Shown: one piece after another, positions 1 to 8,418 of the stretch
Position numbering within the stretch: the stretch's first letter is position 1
Layout: each line of letters opens with the position of its first letter
The notes under the pieces: generated by a model
What the model saw: only the letters and a program-made list of their open reading frames with translations
What the model was told of the DNA's origin: nothing
Database searches by the model: none
Position numbers and translations under genes: made by a program
From: Patescibacteria group bacterium
Lineage (GTDB): Bacteria > Patescibacteriota > Minisyncoccia > Phycocordibacterales > Zambryskibacteraceae
DNA: 42,905 nt
Assembly: GCA_040389345.1 (NCBI GenBank)
Contig: JAZKAE010000023.1
Span: 1-42,905, forward strand
Direction: 5' to 3'

Positions 1-2
1 AT

Positions 3-75
3 GCGCGGTTAGCTCAGTTGGTAGAGCATCTCATTGACGTTGAGAGGGTCACAGGTTCGAATCCTGTATCGCGCA
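3..75 (+). tRNA. tRNA-Val (anticodon GAC)
   Basis: Hand-folded cloverleaf: acceptor GCGCGGT/ATCGCGC, D-arm GCTC..GAGC, anticodon stem TCTCA/TGAGA with loop TTGACGT, T-arm ACAGG-TTCGAAT-CCTGT, discriminator A. CCA is not encoded. Confidence 0.9.
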
Positions 76-80
76 CTCGC

Positions 81-848
81 ATGAAAAAGTACCTTGTGGC
101 GCTGGTGATAGTGGCGGTCGGAAGCCACATATATTTATACGAGATCACTCCTTGCAGGAGGCCGATCACATACTCTATAGGATCGGTGGATGCTCGTTTT
201 AATATTGATCAAAAAGAATTTTCCTTGGCAATAGAGGAAGCAGAAGCGGTGTGGGAGAAAGCTCTCGGCAAAGAATTGTTTAAAGAAGATCCGAAGGGAA
301 AAATGCTCGTGAACCTCGTCTACGACGAACGACAGGCGACGACGGACAAAAACAGCACCCTCTTCTAATCTCTTAATTCTACCAAGCAAACCGCTGCAGA
401 GATCCACTCCGAGTACGAAGCGCTCGAAGCAACGTATCAACCACTCTACGACGCCTATCAAAGGGACCTGGCGAAGGGGAAGCGAGGGCTGGAGCCAAGG
501 CGCCAAGAGATCAACGCTCTGGCCTCTGAGATCAACATGCTGATCAGAAAATATAACTCGCTTGTGGACCAAGCAAATCAGAAAGTGAGCACCATAAACG
601 AATCTGCAGGCAAAGAGTTCAACGAAGGGGAATATATCTACGATGAAGCCGGTCAGCGGATCAATATCTATGAATTCACAAGCCGGGCTGAGCTTGTGCG
701 CGTCCTCGCACACGAACTCGGACACGCACTGGGCCTTGACCACAATTCAAACCCAGATTCGATCATGTACTACCTGAACCAGAGTGAGAACGGAGCTCTG
801 ACCCCCGAGGATTCGGCGGACCTTGAGGCTTTGTGCCACCTTTCGTAA
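81..848 (+). pseudogene. Matrixin-like zinc metalloprotease (HExxHxxGxxH) with N-terminal membrane anchor, interrupted by one in-frame TAA at 366-368
   Basis: ATG at 81 lies 5 nt after tRNA-Val. N-terminus MKKYLVALVIVAV is hydrophobic. The same frame stays open from 369 to 848 (checked codon by codon). The C-terminal half carries HELGHALGLDH followed by SIMYY (Met-turn). The downstream half has no SD or start of its own apart from an internal ATG at 537. Confidence 0.6.
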
Positions 849-960
849 GGGGAGAAGGGGAGGAACGTCTAGTTATACAGGGCTCTTTACAATACCTCTC
901 TGGCGTGATACAGTACGCAGAGATCCCGTTCTACCCATCACGTCTCACCTAGGAGCACGT

Positions 961-1653
961 ATGCAAATTTCCCGCGTCCTGGGCCATCTGGCCCTTCTCA
1001 GCCTGCCTTGGGCCTCGGCCCGAGCGCAGCAGCCCGCTCCGTGTCCCATGGACCGAGCCTGCTACTATGCGACCCAGAGTCTCAGTAGTCGTAGGATCGT
1101 GGAGCCCAAGGGGTTCCAGGTGTGGGCGGTGGACTCGAATACCTACACGAAGAGCGGCTGGTTCACAGTCGCGATCCGCGGCGGGTATCGAAAGTTCATC
1201 CGCGTCGAGGACAAGCACAACTTCGACTTCCAGACTGGCGTGGCTCCGGACATGGAGCGCGTCGGTTCGGCGGGCGGAGTCCCCATACGTAAGGACTCCC
1301 CGGCGCCTCGGTATGTTCCGCCTCCGAAAACGGATACGGTTCGCATCACGAAGACCGACACGGTCCCGAAGTACATCGAAGTTCCCGCCGCCCTGGATAC
1401 AACTCCGAAGCCGGCGACGAACACGGGGTGTCGGGGCAGTACGTTCTCATGTCACCCTGTGGCTTGGGGAGTGGGCGCCGCAGTGGTCACCGCAGCGGCG
1501 GTAACCTGTGCGATCATCTGCTTCAAGCACGTGGAGGCACACTCGTCGTCGACCTCAAGCTCCGCTTCCAGTTCGGCTTCACGAAGCGGTATCATCGCGT
1601 CTCCGATTTCCGGGTCGCGAGGATGGCTCGTAGGTTTCCGTTTGACCCCTTAG
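961..1653 (+). CDS. Secreted, C-terminally membrane-anchored protein of unknown function (GC-rich islet)
   Basis: AGGAG lies 5 nt upstream of ATG 961. Signal-like N-terminus MQISRVLGHLALLSLPWASARA, a Pro/Thr-rich linker, hydrophobic helix VAWGVGAAVVTAAAVTCAIICF and a Ser-rich tail. A hairpin terminator follows. The ORF-track start at 823 lies upstream of the RBS. Confidence 0.55.
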   Translation: MQISRVLGHLALLSLPWASARAQQPAPCPMDRACYYATQSLSSRRIVEPKGFQVWAVDSNTYTKSGWFTVAIRGGYRKFIRVEDKHNFDFQTGVAPDMERVGSAGGVPIRKDSPAPRYVPPPKTDTVRITKTDTVPKYIEVPAALDTTPKPATNTGCRGSTFSCHPVAWGVGAAVVTAAAVTCAIICFKHVEAHSSSTSSSASSSASRSGIIASPISGSRGWLVGFRLTP

Positions 1654-1658
1654 GGGTT

Positions 1659-1683
1659 GGCGCGCAGCAATGCGCGCCTTTTT
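1659..1683 (+). terminator. Rho-independent terminator
   Basis: GGCGCGCA-gcaa-TGCGCGCC perfect 8-bp stem followed by TTTTT, 6 nt after the TAG stop. Confidence 0.75.
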
Positions 1684-1689
1684 CATACT

Positions 1690-1717
1690 TTGACTTTTTA
1701 GATTTTTGTACTATAGT
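1690..1717 (+). promoter_or_regulatory. Sigma70-type promoter TTGACT-N16-TATAGT
   Basis: TTGACT at 1690-1695 and TATAGT at 1712-1717. GAGGAG SD at 1741-1746 precedes ATG 1752. Confidence 0.55.
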
Positions 1718-1751
1718 CACTCTAGAAATTGAACCCTTTAGAGGAGAGCCC

Positions 1752-2645
1752 ATGCCTACGCCCTATAAGGTTTACAAGTACAAGAAGTACTTGAAGAGAC
1801 TACTGGTGGTGATCGTTATCGCTGGTGGTATCGCGATAGCAAGGTTCGGAAGTTGGCAGACATCAGCCACACAGAAGGTCTCCATTTCCAAGCCTGTCAC
1901 GGAGGCCCCGCTCACAGCTCTGCCTGTGCTTGGAGTGATCGTGACGCTAGATTCAGCTGCGGGGAATCGTCGATACGAATTTGAGGATCCCGCCCTGCAA
2001 GAAGTGCGCGATTCAGTTGAGTCCGGATTACTGAAGATGGCTCGGGAGACCTATCTCGGAGGCTCCGCTTCTATCGGGCGTGTAGTGGTGGAGAAAGACA
2101 CCAGCGGATATGTGGGAGTTTTCTACTACACTCATCCACGTCAGCAAATCGGGATCACGATCAGTAGGATCCTTGCTCCGGCGCCAGGAGAATGGAGGAG
2201 CACTCTGTCTCATGAAATGGGGCACTTCTATTCTCCGGATTTCCAGAAGATACTCGCCGCTTCCAAACAGGATCCCCAAGCGCGGGTGGATTCGATCGAG
2301 CACTTCGCGCTTCTCTTCAGAAATGCGCACCACGAACCAAGCTCGTTTGTATACAGCGGGGAGCCCGAAGTTGCTTCCTATTACAAAGCTTTGAAGAGTA
2401 ACGAAATGACTGAAGAGGAATTCTTCAGTCAATATTTCGCCGAAGCGATGAGTTGTTACTTCGAGTTCTGTAACGATGCAAACGGTAAGTCTCTCTTGAG
2501 TACGAAAGAGACTGAGCTCTTTGATCAGTACCTTGCATTCGTGGAGGGACCTTTCGATCGTACAGCGCTTTTCTTGAAGCGGCTAGAGGAAGGGGCTCGT
2601 CTTGCCCCATTGCTCACCACTTTGCGAAAAGCCGTTCCTGAATAG
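1752..2645 (+). CDS. Membrane-anchored zincin-like protein (HEMGH plus downstream FAEAMSCYF, an ATLF/anthrax-lethal-factor-like arrangement)
   Basis: SD GAGGAG is followed by ATG 1752. N-terminal anchor LLVVIVIAGGIAIA. HEMGH motif with a later Glu-containing YFAEAMSCYF segment. Family assignment is by eye only. Confidence 0.5.
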   Translation: MPTPYKVYKYKKYLKRLLVVIVIAGGIAIARFGSWQTSATQKVSISKPVTEAPLTALPVLGVIVTLDSAAGNRRYEFEDPALQEVRDSVESGLLKMARETYLGGSASIGRVVVEKDTSGYVGVFYYTHPRQQIGITISRILAPAPGEWRSTLSHEMGHFYSPDFQKILAASKQDPQARVDSIEHFALLFRNAHHEPSSFVYSGEPEVASYYKALKSNEMTEEEFFSQYFAEAMSCYFEFCNDANGKSLLSTKETELFDQYLAFVEGPFDRTALFLKRLEEGARLAPLLTTLRKAVPE

Positions 2646-2671
2646 CCTCGCGCGTATGCGGCGAGGTTTTT
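2646..2671. terminator. Hairpin terminator shared by convergent genes
   Basis: CCTCGC-9 nt-GCGAGG followed by TTTTT. It overlaps the trxB stop on the opposite strand. Confidence 0.55.
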
Positions 2672-3596
2672 ATTTGTTTTTATGCACGTAGAGATAGATG
2701 TCCTCAAGAGCCTTCACTGCGTCGCCTGAAGCGATGTTGTTCTGGTGGTAGAGTCCGTCTGTGCAATCTCCGGCGGCCCACAAGCCTTCCACTTTTGTCT
2801 TCTGATCCTTTGGATCAACAGGGATCTGTTTATATGTATTGAGTTCGAGGAGCTCTTCGACGAACCCAGTAGTAGGGACAAGTCCGATCTCGACGAACAC
2901 CCCGGTCACCGGAAGCTCGTGTTCGACTCCCGAGGTTAAATCCGTATAGATAAGTGAAGAGACGAACTTATCGCCCTTGATCTCTTTGGGGAGAGCATTC
3001 TTTATAAGCTTCATGTTGGAGTGCTTCAAGACCGATTCGACGGTCATCTCATCTGCGCGGACAGTCTCTGAGCGGTTCAATAAGGTGACGGATTTGCAGT
3101 ACGCTAAAAGCTGGGCAGCGGATTCAAATCCAGCATTGCCTCCTCCGATCACGACCACATCTGCTCCAGAGAAAAGCGGCCCATCGCACGAGGCACAATA
3201 GGTGATGCCTTTGTTCTCAAATTCCTTGGCGCCGGGGATCTCAAGCTTTCTACGAGTGGATCCTGTGGCGACGAGAACGGTCTTAGCTTCAAATTTTTCT
3301 TTGGATGACTCAACAATGAACACTCCGTTTTCTTTCGAGACCTTGGTGACTCTCTGTCCAGTCACAATATGCACCGTGTCTTCTGCATAAGCACGCAAAT
3401 GTTGCTCGAGTTGTTTGCCGAGTTCTATCCCGCTTATTTCGACCGTACCGATCCAGTTCTGAACTCCCATGGATTCGGTAGATTGTCCACCAAAGGATTC
3501 GGTGATGAGGACAGTTTTTAATCTTTTCCTCGCTGCATACACTCCTGCAGAAACTCCTGCCGGTCCTCCTCCGATGATGGCTAAGTCGTATGTCAT
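2670..3596 (-). CDS. trxB: Thioredoxin-disulfide reductase
   Basis: FAD motif DLAIIGGGPAGVSAG, redox-active CASC followed by DG, NADPH motif VVVIGGGNAGFE, and C-terminal LWAAGDC motif. Confidence 0.88.
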   Translation of the reverse strand: MTYDLAIIGGGPAGVSAGVYAARKRLKTVLITESFGGQSTESMGVQNWIGTVEISGIELGKQLEQHLRAYAEDTVHIVTGQRVTKVSKENGVFIVESSKEKFEAKTVLVATGSTRRKLEIPGAKEFENKGITYCASCDGPLFSGADVVVIGGGNAGFESAAQLLAYCKSVTLLNRSETVRADEMTVESVLKHSNMKLIKNALPKEIKGDKFVSSLIYTDLTSGVEHELPVTGVFVEIGLVPTTGFVEELLELNTYKQIPVDPKDQKTKVEGLWAAGDCTDGLYHQNNIASGDAVKALEDIYLYVHKNK

Positions 3597-3634
3597 AGCG
3601 TGTAGCTTATCAGTTTTTTGGCTTTTTAGAAATG

Positions 3635-3664
3635 AAAAAAGCGCCGAACTCTAGAGTTCGGCGC
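3635..3664 (-). terminator. Rho-independent terminator
   Basis: GCGCCGAACTC-tag-AGTTCGGCGC, followed on the minus strand by TTTTTT. Confidence 0.75.
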
Positions 3665-3682
3665 GGGTGAAAATGGAGCCCT

Positions 3683-3856
3683 CTACACCAGGCGCTTCTT
3701 GTGCCTGGAGGCCGCGAATAAATCGCAAGCCTCCTGCCAGATGTCCTGGAGAGTGAGCTCTACGATGAGGATGGCCGTCCCCACCGAGCACCCAACGAGT
3801 ATTACCGCCTTGATGAACCACGGTGATTCCTCATAGATTGCCAGTTCGTCGTGCAT
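3683..3856 (-). CDS. 57-aa single-pass membrane protein, unknown function
   Basis: ATG at 3856 is preceded by AAGGTG. The promoter sits inside the longer track ORF, so the 78-aa version is unlikely. Hydrophobic helix AVILVGCSVGTAILIV. Confidence 0.45.
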   Translation of the reverse strand: MHDELAIYEESPWFIKAVILVGCSVGTAILIVELTLQDIWQEACDLFAASRHKKRLV

Positions 3857-3891
3857 GATGACACCTTGGCAGAGGGAAGCGTTCTGTCTAT

Positions 3892-3919
3892 ATAATACTC
3901 TTAAATTACAAAAAGTCAA
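3892..3919 (-). promoter_or_regulatory. Sigma70-type promoter TTGACT-N16-TATTAT
   Basis: Minus strand reads TTGACTttttgtaatttaagagTATTAT. Confidence 0.55.
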
Positions 3920-3958
3920 TAGTACACAAAAGACCCCTTTCGAGGCCTTGTGGGTAAA

Positions 3959-5140
3959 TTATTTGAGTTTTGATCGGCGGAGGAAGGCGGGGACTGCGTT
4001 CCAATCGTCGTCTGAGTCATCGACCTTGGACGGCGCCGGAGCTTCTGGCTTCTTTTCCTCAACATGGGGCTTCTCTGTAGGAGCGGGCTTTGGGACGAAG
4101 GAAGACATGCTGTTGAAGATACGCTCTTTGGTCACTTCTTCCTGAGGGGCGTTCTGGAACAAGGAGGTCGCCTTGCGCTGAATGCTCTCGGGGAACGAAG
4201 CAGCGATAACGGTGATCTTCAATTCTCCCTTCTTCAACTTGTCGTCCTTGACGGTACCGAAGATGATCTTTGCGTGGGCATCCACAGACTCAGTGATGAT
4301 CTTGGCTGCATCCTGGATCTCAAACATCCCAAGGTCATCGCCTCCTGCGATCGAGAAGAGAACGCCCTTGGCTCCGTTGATCGAGACCTCAAGGAGAGGT
4401 GATGAGATCGCCATGCGAGCTGCCTCTTCTGCTCGGTTGTCTCCAGAAGCGACGCCGATACCCATAAGTGCTGCTCCAGCGTCCTGCATAACTGCACGGA
4501 TGTCTGCGAAGTCGATGTTGATGAGACCTGGGGTCGTGATGAGGTCAGAGATGCCTTCGACTGCTTGCTTCAAGATATTGTCGCAGGTAGCAAAGGCGTT
4601 CTTGGCCGTAGTGCCCTTGTCGATCGTGGCGAGGAGTCGGTCGTTTGGGATGATGATGATCGCATCCACCGCTGCCTTAAGCTCGTTGATCGCTTCTTCA
4701 GCGATCTTCATGCGCTGCTGTCCTTCAAAGAAGAAAGGCTTGGTCACCACTGCCACAGTGAGGATGCCTGCTTCTTTAGCAGTGCGAGCGATACCTGGAG
4801 CTGCACCGGATCCGGTCCCGCCTCCCATACCTGAGGCGATGAAGACCATGTCTGCACCCTTGATCGCTTCCTGGATCTCTTCTTTGGTCTCTTCGACCGC
4901 ACGCTTGCCGAGTTCGGGGTTCATGCCTGCTCCGAGTCCGCGAGTAAGGTTCTTGCCGATGTGGACCTTTTTCTTTGCGAGCGAGTGATGAAGGTCTTGG
5001 GCATCAGTGTTCACGGCAATGAAATCCACCCCTTTTACTTTGGAGTTGATCATGTGATTCAAGGCATTGTTGCCTGAACCGCCGACACCGATGACTTTGA
5101 TTCGAGCGAAGGCTTCTACTTCGGGTTTAATTTGTGGCAT
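3959..5140 (-). CDS. ftsZ: Cell division GTPase FtsZ
   Basis: GVGGSGNNA and the tubulin signature GGGTGSGAAP. C-terminal AVPAFLRRSKLK tail. Confidence 0.97.
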   Translation of the reverse strand: MPQIKPEVEAFARIKVIGVGGSGNNALNHMINSKVKGVDFIAVNTDAQDLHHSLAKKKVHIGKNLTRGLGAGMNPELGKRAVEETKEEIQEAIKGADMVFIASGMGGGTGSGAAPGIARTAKEAGILTVAVVTKPFFFEGQQRMKIAEEAINELKAAVDAIIIIPNDRLLATIDKGTTAKNAFATCDNILKQAVEGISDLITTPGLINIDFADIRAVMQDAGAALMGIGVASGDNRAEEAARMAISSPLLEVSINGAKGVLFSIAGGDDLGMFEIQDAAKIITESVDAHAKIIFGTVKDDKLKKGELKITVIAASFPESIQRKATSLFQNAPQEEVTKERIFNSMSSFVPKPAPTEKPHVEEKKPEAPAPSKVDDSDDDWNAVPAFLRRSKLK

Positions 5141-5271
5141 GAAATAAGGGTTTTAGGGCGTTCCGTGTGGCTCGTAATGGCCACATATTACAGAAATAAG
5201 AGGCAAAAAGAAACAGTTGACATTATTTAAATCCGTATCGTCTTTTTCTGCTATAAATAAGGATTTTTTAC

Positions 5272-5299
5272 AAAAAAGCCCGCACATTACGCATGCGGG
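5272..5299 (-). terminator. Rho-independent terminator
   Basis: CCCGCA-loop-TGCGGG followed by a T-run on the minus strand. The stop codon of the upstream gene lies in the loop. Confidence 0.65.
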
Positions 5300-6450
5300 G
5301 CAAGAAGGGTCTCACGGAGATTGCCGTCGTAAATAAACTTGGCGATCGCCGCATTCTTGAAGTTCGGATCTGCTGTGACCTCTTCCTTTTCCCACGCTAT
5401 AGGAAGTTCGGGATTCTCAGTGACATTCGAGAGTTCAACCTCGGCGATGACGAGACCGAGCGCCGCGCCGTGATACACGTCGAGCTCAATGGTGTGTCCG
5501 CCATGTTCGAACGTGTAGCGCGTCTTTGCTACCGTGCTCTTCACCGGATCGCGCTCAGAGAGCTTTTCTTCGTATTCATCGTGAGTGATCTGACGCTCGA
5601 TCTCTCCACGGACGAGTGGATCGGCAGTCTTTCTCTTCTCAGTGTAGTAGAAGCTCGACGATCCATCCGAGGTGCGCATGCGCACGCGCCGTTCGACGTT
5701 GGCTGCCTTGCTTTCGAGGTAGTCTTGCCGGATCTCGATCCCCAGACTCCCGCGAGGGATCATGCTGGGGATGAAATTTGTAATTCTCCACTTTCGTTCG
5801 ATCTCAGTCGGTTCAGGCATATGGAGGATCCTTGCGAGGGCTTGAAGGGTGCGCAGCTTCTTTTTTTCGAAGTCTGTGCTGTTGTCGATGATGATGTGGT
5901 GCTGGTGGCCCTGCCACGCATCGTACGTCTTCTTGTCGAGCTCGCGAGCAAGCTCAGGAGACTCGTCCCTTGCAGTGTTGTTTGCAAGAGTGTAGGCATG
6001 TTCGGCGCCGTTTGCTGCGGTGACGAGGTGGATGACTGCTCTGTAGCGTTCAAGGAGTTCAAGCATCGAATAGCTGGACTGATCTGCTATGTGCTTGAAT
6101 TCCTTTCGTCCCATGTAGGCGATGGCGTCGAGTGCTCCACGGTCACAGAGAAGGATGAGGGTCTTCTCTGTGTCGAGTTCCCCCAGCATCTCGTAGTAGC
6201 GATCCTCGCGAGAGAGGATGTATCTAAAGAGATTTTTCTGGAAACTTGTGTCGCGATACCAGAAGGCGGGGTTCGGGGAAAATCCGGCTGTGATGACCTC
6301 GGTAGCCGCTTCAAGGAGAATGGCTACTTTAAAGCCCCGATTTTCAAGCCATTGCTTGAGGATCGCGAGGATTGTAGATTTTCCTCCGCATGGTCCGCCG
6401 GTGAGGACGACCGGAATGATGCGCGGGTCACGTCCAAAACGAGTCGACAT
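5287..6450 (-). CDS. Fusion of a P-loop NTPase (AAA_28/NadR-kinase-like) and a C-terminal CYTH (triphosphate tunnel metalloenzyme) domain
   Basis: Walker A GGPCGGKST near the N-terminus. The C-terminal half opens with the CYTH hallmark EIERKW, followed by alternating charged beta-strand motifs (RVRMR, EIERQI, ELDVY, AEVEL). SD GGAGAG precedes the ATG. Confidence 0.7.
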   Translation of the reverse strand: MSTRFGRDPRIIPVVLTGGPCGGKSTILAILKQWLENRGFKVAILLEAATEVITAGFSPNPAFWYRDTSFQKNLFRYILSREDRYYEMLGELDTEKTLILLCDRGALDAIAYMGRKEFKHIADQSSYSMLELLERYRAVIHLVTAANGAEHAYTLANNTARDESPELARELDKKTYDAWQGHQHHIIIDNSTDFEKKKLRTLQALARILHMPEPTEIERKWRITNFIPSMIPRGSLGIEIRQDYLESKAANVERRVRMRTSDGSSSFYYTEKRKTADPLVRGEIERQITHDEYEEKLSERDPVKSTVAKTRYTFEHGGHTIELDVYHGAALGLVIAEVELSNVTENPELPIAWEKEEVTADPNFKNAAIAKFIYDGNLRETLLAPHA

Positions 6451-6505
6451 GTTCTCTCCATGTAAGGGTCAGGGTGTCTGTGGCGATACTACTCCTTTTG
6501 AAACC

Positions 6506-7720
6506 TTAAGGCAAAAATTGCGAGATCCATTCGCCGATCTTTGAAATAAATGTCTTGCCGCCTTTGGTGATCTTGTCTATCTGAGAAGGGCCGATCGATG
6601 TGAGGTCGTTACCAGCATTCAAGCCGAGGACAGCGAGGCCGTAGGCTGTCGCCCACGAAGAATCCTTGGTCTTCTCTTTTTCTACACCCGGTTTCTCTTC
6701 TCCGAAATGCACATCTCCGAGATGGGCAGGGAGTTTGAGAGACGTTTCTGCAAAGTTCCTAATGTTATTCAAATTCGACCCTCCGCCAGTGATCACTACT
6801 CCGGCAGGCAGGAGCGCGTTTCGGCCGATCCGTTTGAGGTGTCCCTCGATAAGTTCGAAGCAGTCCGAAAGCCGGGCGTGGATGATATCATCCAGCTTCT
6901 TCTTCGAATAGACCGCATTAGTGATGGCCCCGAGTTTGATCGACTCAGCTTCTTCAAGCCCTACCTTTAGCCCGAGGGCGATGTCGTTCGTGATATCTGT
7001 GCCTCCGATAGGGAAGACCTCAAGGGATATGGGGCTTGAGTTCTCATAGACGACCATGGACAAGGTTTCCGAGCCGATGTTGATGAGCACGCAGCCGGCC
7101 TTCTTTTGTTTTTTTGAAAGAGTGACGAACGAGGCGGCGATCGGCGCGGCGACGACATCGGTCACTTCGATGTTTACATCTTCGATCGTCTTGATCAGGT
7201 CTTGGATGTGGTGCTCAAGGCACATGATAAAGAGAACCTTTACATCGAGCTTTTGCGCCTTGAGTCCCTGGACACGGCCCCAGACCACTTTGCCGTCGGC
7301 TTTGTGTTCCACGGGGATCGTGTTGATGATCTTTTTATTTAAAACGACCGCATGGGGGATCGCGGTCTCTGCAGCTTCGGTCGCCTTGTCTATATCCAAG
7401 GGAGTGATCTCAAGGTCGGCGCGGGAGACGATCGTTGAACCCGTGGCAGTCACGCCCGAAAGTCCGATCCCTCCGACTGACGCATAGGCTCGCTTTACTT
7501 GGACGCCAGCAACCTTTTCTGCTTGTCTAACCGCCTGGAGGAGCGAGCGTGCGGCTTCAGCTTGGTTCACAATATAGCCTTCATGCACGCCCTTGGACTC
7601 GCTCATGCCTGTCCCGATGATCTTGGATTGGACGCGCCCATTCACCACAGTTTCCTCGGCGATAACTACCCTCGTCGCAGAGGTGCCGATGTCTATACCA
7701 GTAGTGATGTGACGAGCCAT
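6506..7720 (-). CDS. ftsA: Cell division protein FtsA
   Basis: Actin-fold N-terminus GIDIGTSATRVVIAE, later GGTDITNDIA and VITGGGSNL. Start placed at MARHITTG (ATG 7720); the longer track ORF overlaps ybeY. Confidence 0.9.
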   Translation of the reverse strand: MARHITTGIDIGTSATRVVIAEETVVNGRVQSKIIGTGMSESKGVHEGYIVNQAEAARSLLQAVRQAEKVAGVQVKRAYASVGGIGLSGVTATGSTIVSRADLEITPLDIDKATEAAETAIPHAVVLNKKIINTIPVEHKADGKVVWGRVQGLKAQKLDVKVLFIMCLEHHIQDLIKTIEDVNIEVTDVVAAPIAASFVTLSKKQKKAGCVLINIGSETLSMVVYENSSPISLEVFPIGGTDITNDIALGLKVGLEEAESIKLGAITNAVYSKKKLDDIIHARLSDCFELIEGHLKRIGRNALLPAGVVITGGGSNLNNIRNFAETSLKLPAHLGDVHFGEEKPGVEKEKTKDSSWATAYGLAVLGLNAGNDLTSIGPSQIDKITKGGKTFISKIGEWISQFLP

Positions 7721-7772
7721 AAAGATAAATAGAAAAAAACTTGAGAAACAAAATACCAGAGGCGAACAAAAA

Positions 7773-8135
7773 CTAGACGTTGAATTTCTTGCGGAACTTT
7801 TGTTCTGCTTTTTCCATTGTAGCCCCATGTTCCATTCCTTTCAAATGAAGAAGACCGTGGACAAAGAGAAATCCGACCTCGGGCCCAGCCAATTTTAGAT
7901 GTATGAAAATTTCTCCGCTATCTTTTGTGAGTGGGAAGGAGAGCACGTTCGTCGGCTTATCCTTGCCTCGATAGGCGAGATTGAGCCTGTGGGAAAGCGC
8001 ATCTCCGCAGAGTACGAGCGAAAGCTCGTATGATCTCCCAAGGATCGCATCTTTTATTTCTTCAAAAGGAATACCCCGCAAAGAGCGGGGCGAAGTCCTG
8101 GTAGTATTTTTGATGGAAAAGGTATCGCTCTTCAC
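7773..8135 (-). CDS. ybeY: rRNA maturation endoribonuclease YbeY
   Basis: Zinc motif HGLLHLKGMEH. Confidence 0.85.
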   Translation of the reverse strand: MKSDTFSIKNTTRTSPRSLRGIPFEEIKDAILGRSYELSLVLCGDALSHRLNLAYRGKDKPTNVLSFPLTKDSGEIFIHLKLAGPEVGFLFVHGLLHLKGMEHGATMEKAEQKFRKKFNV

Positions 8136-8137
8136 GT

Positions 8138-8392
8138 TTAGCGCTTGCGCTTGCCGAACTTTGGGGTTTCGGCGATCTTGCCGAGCTTGATGAGCTCTGC
8201 AGTCTCATCCTTTTTCTTCAAGTGGGCGAGGGTCTTTGCACGCTTTACGTTCTCAGACTTTACTCGCTCGTGGTAGCGCTTTGAGCGGACGCGGGGAAGT
8301 ACGCCTGCGCCTTGGACACGCTTCTGAAACCGGCGGAGGACCGAGAGATTGTTCTCGCTTGCGCCTTTTATAACTTCAATATTTATTGCCAT
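8138..8392 (-). CDS. rpsU: 30S ribosomal protein bS21
   Basis: Small basic protein with LRRFQKRVQGAGVL..RSKRYHE, typical of S21. Confidence 0.8.
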   Translation of the reverse strand: MAINIEVIKGASENNLSVLRRFQKRVQGAGVLPRVRSKRYHERVKSENVKRAKTLAHLKKKDETAELIKLGKIAETPKFGKRKR

Positions 8393-8418
8393 GTGGGGGA
8401 TAATCTAACACAAGAGCC

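Noticed and set aside
18-80. N-terminal extensions of ORFs running through tRNA genes (18-80, 37633-37701), and whole ORFs laid over tRNAs (27301-27699, 27678-27881, 28921-29118, 37559-37750).
   Set aside because: These stretches fold into canonical tRNAs. The ORFs exist only because the tRNA sequences lack stop codons.
5293-6465. 390-aa plus-strand ORF. Similar long antisense ORFs occur at 4182-4988, 12587-13156, 24536-25267, 33391-33936 and 34561-35205.
   Set aside because: Each lies exactly opposite a well-supported gene (P-loop/CYTH, ftsZ, rpsA, pilin array, clpB). They have low-complexity or Ser/Arg-rich translations and no motifs, RBS or terminator. They are mirror-frame artefacts.
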